A stretch of 64,000 nt of DNA from Azolla caroliniana. Its lineage: Eukaryota > Plantae > Polypodiophyta. Position numbers and translations under genes: made by a program. The notes under the pieces were generated by a model. It was not told the DNA's origin. It searched no databases and saw only the letters and a program-made list of their open reading frames with translations. Location: contig JBHGNT010000009.1 of NCBI GenBank assembly GCA_043228905.1, positions 13,578,001-13,642,000 of the forward strand. The letters run 5' to 3'. Positions 21,852-33,200 of this stretch are shown here, piece by piece (the stretch's first letter is position 1; every line of letters starts with the position of its first letter).

Positions 21852-23430
21852 GGAATACCTCCTCATTTTGCAATCACTCACGCACAGAACAGAGCACCCG
21901 AGCACATAGAGCCCAAAGCCCAGAGCACGCAACACCAAATCATTATCTCCCTGTTAACATCGACAACGAGAATCATGCCTTCTAAGAAGCGTGAGTGCTA
22001 AGATTTCAGGTAAGCGCTTGGTTGTACGGACCTTTTTTGTAAATTTGTTTTTAGCACTCAAGAACTCGATACAGGGTATCGAGTTCCTATATAAAACACT
22101 CTTATTAAACAGGAACTCGATACGCCGTATCAAGTTCCTGTATAAAACCCTCTTTTTAAAAAGGAATACTATGTTTTTGGGGGGAACTTATTGATATATG
22201 TGTGAAAAGATACCAATTTTATGTCCAATTCGGACATTTTTAGTGACATTTGCTACATTTTGTAACATTTAACGCCCTTATTGAAATAGGTTTTATGACC
22301 TATAATAGCTTAAAATAATAGAAAATAACACATGAATTACCTTTATGATACCAAATTCAAACCTATTACATTAAAATTCTCAACAATATGGGATATGGAA
22401 TCAATATAAACCATACCTACCCTCCAATATGATACATATTCTTGTAAAATTATTAAGATATATAATATTTGAAGTTAAATAGCCCTTACTAAATTTAAAT
22501 TCACAATAAAGGTCTATCATGTTCACAGAAACTATGATTGATATTTAGAGTTTAGCACAAATTGCTTGCTAGTTTTTGTCTTGGTCTGCTTATGTATATT
22601 CTAATAGGTAACCTTAATCTAGGGAACCAACTAACTTATATTTTCACACGTCCTTTCTTAAATAGGTCATTTGAGAACTTGTCGAACCGACTTGTAAAGA
22701 AAATCAAGCTCCAAATTCAAGGCTCTCCAATTGAGACCCAGAAACAAATAGTTCCTCAGAACATGAAGAGAGGAAAAAAACTTCTCTTCAACGAGGAGAC
22801 AAAATCTCAACCATCAGATGGAATTAGCCAAAAGGAAATGGTAGCTGCTACTAGTGGTGAGGACCTTCCTGACCGTGATCTAATGAACAAGGAATGGTCG
22901 ACTCCAAGAAAAAAGTCATGTTGTATGCGGCAAAGAAGAAGGGCGGCGGTCAGCTTGAAAAAGACACTGCATTTATGTATGGCCATATTTTACGATTTGA
23001 CTACGAAGATTTAGATTCAGCCAACATTCTTGTAATGATAGAGTGCTCGAAGGGGGTACATAAAGTGTACCTTTCTGAAGATCGACTAGTAAAGGAATCT
23101 TGTGGGCGAGAATCTTTTAAAAAAGATCTACAAAGCTCACAAAATCTTATTGTCACCTTGAGGCCTTATATACAAGGCCATGTAACTCTAAGGGAGCCCT
23201 TTCCCTGCCCAATGAAGGCCCCAAAAAGGGCATCTGAAGTGCAATCAAGACCAGCAGAAAAGAAGACCACTAAAATGTCGGACTCCGACTCATCAAGCTA
23301 AACCGAAGATGAGGACACTAGGGGGACACCAGGTGCTGAGCTGGCATCTAGTGTGTTGTCATTCGAGCAGAATAAAATACGGAGAGAGTTAATGCAGCGC
23401 AAAGTGGTGAGAAAAGGGCAAGTGTTTAAT

Positions 23431-24115
23431 TGTTAGGAAACAGGTTCCTCCGGATGGGAAGGGAGAAGAACAATGCTGAAGGGAAACCGGATGAGGAGTA
23501 CCCAGCTACGGAGAGCCGGATAGCGCAGACCCGGTGAGAACCGGATGAGGAGTACCCGGCTACGGAGAGCCGGATGGTGCAGACCCGGTGAGAACCAGAT
23601 GACGAGTGCCCTGCAAGACCCGGATGATGCAGGCCCGGTGAGGAGCGCTCTCCGGATGAAGAGACATATTCGTAAATATGTTTCTGAGAGTCCATCATGG
23701 CTATATTTGTAAAAAGCCTAAAAGTCATATTAGTATAAATATGACTTAGGGCAAACTTTTGAGTGTGTAGTTGTCATTCTTGTTGGTGCAAGAAGAGAAA
23801 GCGCGTAATAGTGTACACAGAGAGAGAGAGAGAAAGAGACGAAGAGTTCGCATCTCTGTTGTAATCGCCGACTGTGGCGAAGATAGCAAGCTCGAGGTTG
23901 TTGCCTCGGTGCTCCACCATTGTACATTCTAATATAGTGATAGTTTGGAGTTTGTGGACTCACGTGGTTTTTCCCTCTAAGGGTTTTCCACGTTAAACAT
24001 CTTGTGTACTCTTTCTCTCATTTCTATCGTGTTTTTTCGTTTCCCGTTTTCTGTGTATGATTCTAAGCTCGGTTGTGGCCGAGTGTTGCGCATAGGGAGC
24101 GTGCAGTTCCTGACA
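23431..24115 (+). mobile_element. Solo LTR (Copia E/F-related) inserted in the ParB-MTase gene
   Basis: TGTTAGG..TGACA with TSD TTAAT at 23426-23430 and 24116-24120; 54-bp U3 repeats like those of Copia E. Confidence 0.92.
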
Positions 24116-24222
24116 TTAATTTGTCTATAACACACATCCATCGGCCCCCAGTAGATGTAAAAACAGGACGAAGACCACTTGAGATCAGCGAGCCACACCG
24201 AATGCATGTTCAGAATCTCAAG

Positions 24223-24637
24223 AAAAAAATGAAAATAAATCCGCATGCTACAGTTGTGCCTTTCATTGTGATGGTAGATCCCGAAGAATGTTCCATAACT
24301 GAGGACTTCGACATGAGAAAGTATGATGAATACAATTACTTTGTAATTGGTGGATCACATTCGGTTGAAGCAAAAAATGAAAATAAATTGCATGCTACAG
24401 TTGTGCCTTTCATTGTGATGGTAGATCCCGAAGAATGTTCCATAACTGAGGACTTCGACATGAGAAAGCATGATGAATACAATTACTTTGTAATTGGTGG
24501 ATCACATTCGGTTGAAGCAAAAAATGAAAATAAATCCGCATGCTACAGTTGTGCCTTTCATTGTGATGGTAGATCCTGAAGAATGTTCCATAACTGAGGA
24601 CTTCGACATGAGAAAGCATGATGAATACAATTACTTT
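24223..24637 (+). repeat. ~148-bp tandem repeat, ~2.8 copies, of the ParB-like coding segment
   Basis: ATGAAAATAAAT recurs at 24229, 24377 and 24524. Confidence 0.9.
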
Positions 24638-24668
24638 AGGGTTTAGGGTTTAGGGTTTAGGGTTTGGG
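24635..24668 (+). repeat. Interstitial telomeric repeat (TTTAGGG)4 TTTGGG
   Basis: Four perfect plant-type telomere units at 24635-24662. Confidence 0.92.
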
Positions 24669-27144
24669 ACCACAACTGAAGAGGCAAAGCTTTTGGCATG
24701 GGACCACAACAACAACGATGACTATAGGCAAAAATGTCATCTATTGAACGGATAAGGTTCTTCCACCATGAATACCTGGGCGTCAAACAAAAGATGGAGA
24801 AGTATGGGACCTACAAGATCAAATCTTCTCAATGTGGGAGAATATGGAAGTTAAGGGTCAACGACAAAAGAAATGTAAGGTAGACCCTCAGCTAGAATTA
24901 AAGTCACAAGAGGCCAAGAAAATTGATTTGACAATTGAAGAAGCGGCTGGCGACATGAAGATGTCTCTACGGAGAGCGATGCAAGGTATTAAGGACGAGC
25001 AACTTCTTGTGTCTGTTTTGTCAAGGGGTGTGGCGAAAGAATTAAGCCTTGGAGAAATGGTCACTGAGTTCAATAAGTAAGTCTTTCAAATAGTGATATT
25101 GAATTCAGTATGGTGCAATTGAAAGTTCTAAGCTCGTTTTCTAATTTCACAGTCATAAGGTGTACATGAAGATCCAAGAAGTTATGATGAAACAACTTGG
25201 ATGTATAACTTGGGAATAAGTGACCAAGGATTATCCTCTAACGTCTTCATATAAGGCGTTATACGAGTATTTTATTGCATTCAAGGATTGGATTAGTATT
25301 GGTGTTTTTCATTAAGTTTTCCTCATATGTAGAGGTTGTGTAATAATACTTGATGTCTTACTACTTCTATTAGAAACCGTAACGTGGCAAGAAACAAGCA
25401 GAAGTTAAGGATATACACGATTTCTTGATATCCTTCCTTGCACATCTCGAGAGAGCCAGAAAAGAAAAGGGTTGTCGCTTAGTCAAGGCGTATGAAATTG
25501 AGGAAGATGGCTCCTTCAAAAAAAATAGCCACAAAAAGGACATTACTAGAGATCTTTACTACAACGTGATTTGCGGCGATGTCGTTGACATGATCCAAAA
25601 AGTGCCAAAGAAGGAATATACGCTAATGATTGTTGTTATTCCATATGGATTTCGAATGGCAGGGTCATCATACGACGATGAACCTTTTAGGTTCAAACAA
25701 TTAGAGAAAATGGTCAAGGATTTTGTTGAGCTAACGGCTGCATCCTTCTGGAGGATAGTTGTCTTTCATAGTATGGACCAAGGGTACTCGGTAGCTCAAG
25801 CTTTGAGATCTCGTTGCCATGGCATCGAGAACCTTGCATGGTAAGGATTATTTATAAGTCTCATTCACTATATTGCCTTTCTTAATATTGTTCAGTCTAT
25901 TCTTAACTCGATGCAATATTTGTTATAGGATAAAAACCAATGTCAATGGAGGGCCAACCTTTCAGTTCGTAAATGCCATTGAATACATTATGGTTGGCTA
26001 CTTCGATGAAATAAAGAAACAAAGAATCAAGGAGCGTTCTAATGAAGTCGAAGGTTCAAATCTGTTGGTATATCCAACAGTGACACGAAAATTGCGACAT
26101 GTCACCACGACAGAAAGGGGACTTGTCAACCCATACCAAAAACCTCGAAGACTTATGATGCGCTTGATGGAGATGTTTTCTGTAGAAGGAGATTCGATAT
26201 TAGACCTCTTTTCTGGCATAGGTATTCCTCGAACTAGGTTAACGATCTTGAGATAACCAGTACTGATTCTTTTTTGTTTGAAAACTAATTCTTCTTGTTG
26301 CTTTCTTTTCAGGGACAATGTCTGCATGTGCATTGAAGCTCTTCAGAAACACAGTTGCATTGGAGAAAGACGAGGAGCAAGTTATATTTATAAACATGAG
26401 GATTAAGGCTTTGTGGGAGTGCCCAAACTAGGACGACGAGGTCGGTGCAAAGAACCTGGCTGATATCGAAAGCTTTCAACCTGCTTCACGAGAGCCTATT
26501 CCTCCGTTAGTCGGGGAATCGGGGGAGCTAATAGAGCTTGATGATGAGCTTATAGAAGATATTACGTTGGCTCGGCTAGCAAGGGAAGACAATGCACGTA
26601 TAGCCGAAGAGACTTCTATAAGAGATGAAGAAGAAAATGACATTGACGATTTGATTGCTATGTAATGAACTCTTTTGTTGACGAAATGTATTGTTTGGAA
26701 TTCACATTACTAATACAAATTTTGGGTTCTACTTGGTGTATTCCATTCTTTATATTCTTCTATATGTTTCAATTTTATTTCTATATACTTGGTTTGTTGA
26801 TTTATGACATTGGTTTCACCGCATGTATTGTTGACTACCAATATGGAGAAACATGAATTAGTTTACATTAAGGCTGATTTCGGTCAAACTTTACCTTAAC
26901 ATAACATGCTCGTAGAATTGTTGCCATGACTGTCCATGTTGTTATTTGCGATCAGTTCTCAAGATTTTCATTCCGTGTCTAATATATACCAATCCATATA
27001 TTATGGATCTTTGTCTTCTATTGTTAAAACTATTATGTTTCTCTTCCATTGCTGCTTAGATTGTGTAGTGTGTTGATAATGGTTCCACTAGCGTTATCCG
27101 CATGTTTTTATACGCTTGTAGTTCCACTACCATTATCATTCGGA

Positions 27145-27424
27145 GTTTGATCCCGTGTGAATCACCTAAGGAATAGATTAGATCAATTTTAGATACAAGT
27201 ATTGAAAGCCTTAATAGCTTTGTTATTTCCATCACATTATCCTAAAGTTCATTGTCTTACATTGTCCACAATTATATACATATGGTTTGATCCCATGCAA
27301 ACAAACTAAGGAATAGATTAGATCAACTTTAAATACAAGTATTAAATACCTTAATACATTTGTTATTCCAATCACATTATCCTAAAGTTCAGTATCCTAC
27401 ATTGTCCACAATTACATACATACG
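27145..27424. repeat. 140-bp imperfect tandem duplication in the right subterminal region of the DNA transposon
   Basis: GTTTGATCCC..CTAAGGAATAGATTAGATCAA at 27145 and 27285. Confidence 0.8.
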
Positions 27425-28162
27425 AGTATGGGTTGAAGTATAAATTATAGCTCATTTTATTAGTATGGTTACAAGTACACCTCATATTTTTGTAAAACTT
27501 ACCAAAATAATATAAGTCTTTAACTTAGTGTTTGCCATGTCGCACATTAGTGAGATATTGAGCCATTGTTGAACTTTAGTATGCCTATATTAACTTATCA
27601 ACACATCCAAACTTATTTGAATTTCTAATTTTCTCCACTCCGAGACCTATCATGTATTTTTATATTTGCAAATTCTAATCAAGTTGTGGAACATGTGATA
27701 CTAGTGCATCCAATTTTTGTAGAGAGGGTATATTTGGATATTTTCAAGAAGATTCTACAAGTGGAATGCATGATCCTTCCACTTGTGAACGCGAACATGT
27801 GGGGCAAAGATCTCGTCGAAATCCACTCCCTTCTTTTGCTGGAAACCCTTCCCTACAATTCGGGCCTTGTATCTCGGCGGGTTTCCGGCATCTCCCGGTT
27901 TTAGCTTGTACACCCACTTGTTCAGGAGTGTCCTCTTTCCTTTCGGCAACTCCGTCAGTTCGTATGTGTGGTTCTCATGCAGGGAATCCACCTCATCGTG
28001 CATGGCACTCAACCACTTGCGGTTGTCGGTGTCTCTCTTTGCTTCTTCGAAGCTTTCTGGCTCCCCCGCATCGGTTAGCAACACATGCTCTACATCTGGA
28101 AATCTTCGGGGGACTCTTCTCTCTTGGAGGGGATATCTCCGTCCTTGGTTTTTGACTACTGG

Positions 28163-28830
28163 TGTCGTGAGGATTTTCGGTCATGGTGAGAAAACCCGAG
28201 CGGGAGGAATAAAACAAGATGTGCAACGTTGCACATGAACTTAGGAAAATTGTAACATAGGAATAATAGACAAATGTAAGGAGGAAAAGTAAGATGTAAA
28301 GGTATAAAGGTGATGTGCACTTTGTAAATTAGAGTGAGGCACATGAAGTATGGGTGTAGGGAGTAGTGGGCATTGAGTATGTCGGTGAGAGGAGAGGGAG
28401 TTAAGACCCATCAACCTCACCTCCTACGATCGAGGTCAAATACTCTCCTTTGAAAGAAAGGGGATTTGACCACTCCTTTTTGTAATGTGCCTCACCCCTT
28501 ACTACTATAAAAGGGAGTGAGGGGTCACTTTTGAGGGGCTTCCACTTTTGGGTTTCTTTGGGTTGCCTATTTTGAGTGTGAGAGGTATACCACTTAGTTC
28601 TAGGGTTCTTCTTCTTCCTATTTCGGTTTTAGGGTTTCTTCTAGGGTTTTACTCTTCTTCTTTACTTATCCGGTTAGGGTTTCTTGTAGTCGTTTGGTTT
28701 AGCCTATGCGGCCATGGTTCTAATCATTTGTGGATTCTTGATATAATTTGTTTGTGTATCTTGCCTCCATCTATTTCTTGTTCAATGTTAATGTCTTGTT
28801 CTTTCTCCTCTCCTTTTGAGCGAAGCTCCA
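28163..28830 (+). mobile_element. Truncated LTR-like insertion (probably Gypsy) in Copia D
   Basis: Starts TGTCGTGAG, resembling the LTR start TGTTGTGAG at 63982; TATAAAA at ~28506; interrupts Copia D coding sequence. No CA end or TSD found. Confidence 0.55.
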
Positions 28831-29317
28831 ATTCCTCCTCTACTCCCTAATCCAATACCCCCGTGGTCCCACCTAGGATCCTACACATACTCGCGGATTT
28901 CCGCGACACCGATTCCTCTGTTTGTTCTTCATCCGAATCTGATTCAGGATCTTGTTCGGTTCCGGTGTCTTCTTCTTCGGTTTCTTGTTCGTATCCGGCC
29001 GGTTCCTCGAGTGTCATCCAATTGTTGACCAACATCCGGTTTTAATTTGGGTAGGTCCTTGTGTCCTTAAACTGGTTTTCATTGCATGATCCGGAGTTCA
29101 TCATCTTCTTCTCTGACACCTAGTCGGCAATGGTCCTATCTTCCATGAAGACTATGTCTTGACTTCGAAACACCTTCTTATCGACTAGATCCCACACCCG
29201 ATAACCGAACTCATAATCGTTGTATCCAAGGAATATGCATGGCCGGGACTTCAGATCCAGCTTTGCTCTCTTGTCCTTCGCCACATGCACGTAAGCGATG
29301 TTGGGAAACAGGTCCCT

Positions 29318-29720
29318 CCGGATGGTGCAGGCCCGGTATGAACCGGATGAGGAGTACCCGGCTACGGAGAGCCGGATGGTGCAGGCCTGGTATGAACCGG
29401 ATGCGGAGTACCCGGCTACGGAGAGCCGGATGGTGCAGGCCCGGTATGAACCGGATGAGGAGTACCCGGCTACGAAGAGCCGGATGGTGCAGGCCCGGTA
29501 TGAACCGGATGAGGAGTACCCGGCTACGGAGAGCTGGATGGTGCAGGCCCGGTATGAACCGGATGCGGAGTACCCGGCTACGGAGAGCCGGATGGTGCAG
29601 GCCCGGTATGAACCGGATGAGGAGTACCTGGCTACGGAGAGCCGGATGGTGCAGGCCCGGTATGAACCGGATGAGGAGTACCCGGCTACGGAGAGCCGGA
29701 TGGTGCAGGCCCGGTATGAA
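29318..29720 (+). repeat. 54-bp minisatellite (7 units plus a partial) in the U3 of the Copia E 5' LTR
   Basis: Unit CCGGATGGTGCAGGCCCGGTATGAACCGGATGAGGAGTACCCGGCTACGGAGAG; only 2 units plus a partial in the 3' LTR. Confidence 0.95.
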
Positions 29721-30211
29721 TCAGAGGAAGAGACATATTCGTAAATATGTTTCTGAGAGCCCATCGAGGCTATATTTGTAAATAGCCGAAAAGTCATATT
29801 AGTATAAATATGACTTAGGGCAAACTTTTAGTTGTTGTTGTTATTCTTCCTTGTTGGTGCAAGAAGAAGAGAGAGTGCGTAACTGTATAGAGAGAGAGAG
29901 AGAGACGAGGTCGTTGCCTCTGTTGTAACCGCCGCCTGTGCCGAAGATCTGTGAGCACGAGGTCGTTCCCTCAGTGAACTCACTGTTGTATATTCCTACA
30001 TAGTGACAGTTTGCAGCCTGTGGGCTGCCGTGGTTTTTTCCCCTGGTTTGGGGTTTTCCACGTTAACCTCCTGTGTACCATTTCTCCTCTTTGTGTCGTG
30101 TTCTATTTCCCGTTTTCTGTGTATGAAAAGAATCTCGGTTGTGGCCGAGCGTTGGACATAAGGAACGACAAGTTCTCGTCAAGTGGTATCAGAGCGAAAT
30201 CGACACAGAAA

Positions 30212-33200
30212 ATGGACGAATCATTTGGCGGCATGTTCAAGCTCACTGGCTCCAACTATTCAGTATGGAAGTCGAAGATGAGGGACATGCTCGTTGTTAA
30301 AGACCTCTGGCTGCCGGTTCAGTTCGGGGACAAGAGACCGGACAAAATCGACGCCGCGATATGGGAGGTGATGCACTTGAAGACAACGGCGTACATACGG
30401 TGCTTCATCGACATGAGCCTGTACAACAACTTCAATGAAGAGAGCAAGGCTCATGAGCTCTGGGAGAAGATCGGCATAATGTTTCAAAACAAAAATGCTG
30501 TTAATCAGGTTTCGGTATTCCAAAAGCTAGTAAGATTCCGATACCAAGATGGCTCCAGCATGGCGGAGCATATGAATGCCTTCCAGGGGCTGATACACCA
30601 GGCAACGTCATTTGAAGTACCTCTTGCCGATGAGGTATTAGCGCTACTCCTGCTCGGTTCCCTCCCGGATAGCTGGGAGACGTTGGTTGTCACTTTGGGC
30701 AACGCCGGGCCAGAAGGAAAACGGTTATCCCTAGCAAGAGTAAAGTCGAGCTTGCTAGATGAGGAGGCGCGTCGGAAAGACAAAGATACGAGCTCCGACT
30801 CCAAAGCGCTTCTTACCGAATCGGAACGCGGAAGACATAGAAACCGTAGTCCCCAGAACCGGGAGAAGTCGGGGACACGGTCAAAGTCAAGGGGGAGGCC
30901 TACTTGCTTCTATTGCGGCAAGCCGGGACACTTCCAAAAGAATTGTCGGCATTTCCGTAAAGACTAGGAAACCGACGGTACCGATTCGAAGCAAACCCCG
31001 GACCGGAACGGTAAAGACCGGAGGGGGCCGGACCGAAAGGGAACGACGGCAATCGAGGCAAGTGAAGAGGAGTTGATGCTCATCACCGAGGAGAGTGAAA
31101 TAAACCTAGCCGGCGACGAGATGACCTGGGTGGTAGACTCCGGAGCGTCGTTCCACCTTACCCTGGATCGGAAATGCTTCTCATCCTACTCAGCCGGTGA
31201 CCACGGCTGTGTTCGGATGGGGAATGAAGGTACATGCCGAATTATCGGCATAGGAGACGTGTGGCTAACAACACCAACCGGATGCAAGTTGATGCTGAAG
31301 GATGTTCGACATGTTCCGGAAGTTCGTCTGAACCTAATATCAGCCGGTCGGCTAGATGATGAAGGCTACACGGAACGGTGTCATGAAGTTCAGCAAAGGG
31401 AGCCTGATTGTGGCTCGGGCCCGGAAGGTCAACACGTTGTACCTGATGAATGCCCGGTTATGTCCGGAAGAAGTGAACGTGGCATCCGACACTGCCGGTG
31501 AGCTGTGGCACAAGAGGCTGTATCATATGAGCGAGAAGGGGATGAAGAGGCTTGCAGACGACAACCTCATTCCAGTGAAGAACGTGCACTTAGAGAAGTG
31601 CACTGATTGTCTGGCCGGTAAGTAGAACCGGACCTCCTTCCGACCAAGGCCACCGATGAGACGTAATGCACCACTGGAGTTGGTGCATACGGATGTGTGT
31701 CAGGTAGACACGAAGTCACATGTCGGAGCGCAGTACTTCGTGACGTTCATAGACAACCACAGCCAGAAGCTGTGGGCCACACCGTTGAAGACGAAGGATC
31801 AGGTGTTATCCGTCTTCAAAGAGCTCCACGCGAGAGTGGAAAGAGAAACCGGCCGGAAGCTGAAGGCGGTTCGAGCAAATAACGGAGGAGAGTACCGGGG
31901 GCAGTTCGAGGAGTACTGCCGCTCGAAGGGAATCCGGCTCGAATTTACCGTGCCGAAGACGCCGGAACTAAACGGACTGGCCGAGAGGATGAACCGGACC
32001 ATAATGGAGAGGATCCGGAGTATGCTAGCGCATGCAAAACTACCCAAGAAGTTTTGGGCTGAGGCACTGTCGACGACGACATATGTGATAAACAGATCAC
32101 CCTCAGTACCCTTGGACGGAGACAGGCCACAGAGAGTATGGACCGGTAAGGACGTGTCCTACCGGCATCTGAGGGTGTTCGGGTGTCTCGCGTACGTGCA
32201 TGTAGCAAAGGACCGGAGAGGAAAGTTAGATCCAAAGACCCGGCCATGCATATTCCTCGGTTACGGTGACGATGAGTTCGGCTACCGAGTGTGGGACCCG
32301 GTCGACAAGAAGGTATTCCGGAGTCGAGATATTATCTTCATGGAGGACAAGACGCTCGCCGACTGGGAGTCGGAGAAGAAGATAATGAACTCCAAGTCGA
32401 CCGGTAAGGATAGACTCTACAATGAGCAGACCCAACCGGCAAGAGACTGGTTAGCACTCGAGGAACCAGCCGGTTACGGTGAGGATACCGAACCGGCAGA
32501 TGAAGAAGTAGAGGAAGCTGAGACCGAAACCGGCCTAGACCCCGAATCGGATTCGGATGAAGAGCAAATGGAGGAGCCGGTTACCGAAGCCCAAAGACAT
32601 AGATATCCTCTCAGAGAGAGAAGGGCGCCCCGGAGATTTCCGGATGCAGAGCATGTTCTGCTGACCGATGATGGGGAGCCGGAAAGCTTCGAAGAAGTGA
32701 AGGAAGACACCCACAACCGAAAATGGTTAAGTGCCATGCAGGATGAGATGGATTCCCTGCATGAGAACCATACGTACGAATTGGTGGAGTTGCCGAAAGG
32801 AAAGCGGGCACTCCAAAACAAGTGGGTGTACAAGTTGAAACCGGGAGATGCCGGCAACCCCCCGAGATACAAAGCTAGGATCGTGGTGAAGGGGTTCCAG
32901 CAGAAGAAGGGCGTGGACTTCGACGAGATATTTGCCCCGGTAGTAAAGATGACCTCCATCCGGATGTCCTGAGTATAGCAGCAAGCATGGACCTCTAGGT
33001 AGAGCAGCTGGACGTGAAGACGGCATTCCTTCACGGCGACCTCGAAGAGGAGATCTACATGCAGCAACCGGAAGGATTTGTGGAGAAAGGGAAGGAGCAC
33101 CTGGTATGTCGGTTGAAGAAGAGCCTGTACGGACTGAAGCAGGCTCCCCGACAATGGTACCGGAAGTTTGACTCCTTCATGACCAATCAAGGGTACCACA

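Larger units (their letters stand above)
21975..26665 (+). pseudogene. Intron-containing ParB/Srx-like domain plus beta-class N6-adenine/N4-cytosine DNA methyltransferase gene (disrupted)
   Basis: ParB-like segment PLEI..HVQNLKKKM..NP..VPFIVMV..YFVIGGSHSVEA at 24121-24370. MTase motifs ICGDVVDMI, MIVVIPYG, WIKTN, NPYQKP..LM..FSVEGDSILDLFSGIG|TMSACALKLFRNTVALEKD. GT-AG introns 25077-25152, 25841-25928 and 26222-26312 restore the frame. The 5' exons are uncertain. Confidence 0.82.
17750..27799. mobile_element. ~10-kb DNA transposon (Sola/DUF7869-like) carrying a ParB-methyltransferase cargo gene
   Basis: AT-rich block that splits the Copia D RT between FAP and TSIRTV. Inverted repeat AAGGATCGTGCAT (17750-17762) / ATGCATGATCCTT (27766-27778). 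Two divergent genes inside. Confidence 0.8.

Noticed and set aside
24073-24637. ParB domain repeat as a functional multi-domain protein
   Set aside because: The ~148-bp unit shifts the frame and ends in a telomere patch, so it is damage.
24635-24668. True chromosome end
   Set aside because: Only four units, with gene sequence continuing on both sides.
25425-26665. Bacterial contamination or a restriction-modification operon
   Set aside because: Frame-restoring GT-AG introns, a plant solo LTR with TSD inside the gene, continuity with Copia flanks, and no endonuclease partner seen.
17750-27799. Helitron/Helentron or CACTA assignment
   Set aside because: No Rep/helicase motifs, no TC..CTRR ends and no CACTA termini; the protein motifs fit a DDD RNase H-fold transposase.
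29120-29797. Repetitive ORFs (225, 180 and 148 aa) and a CRISPR-like look
   Set aside because: They are translations of a stop-free 54-bp LTR minisatellite; there are no unique spacers and no cas genes.
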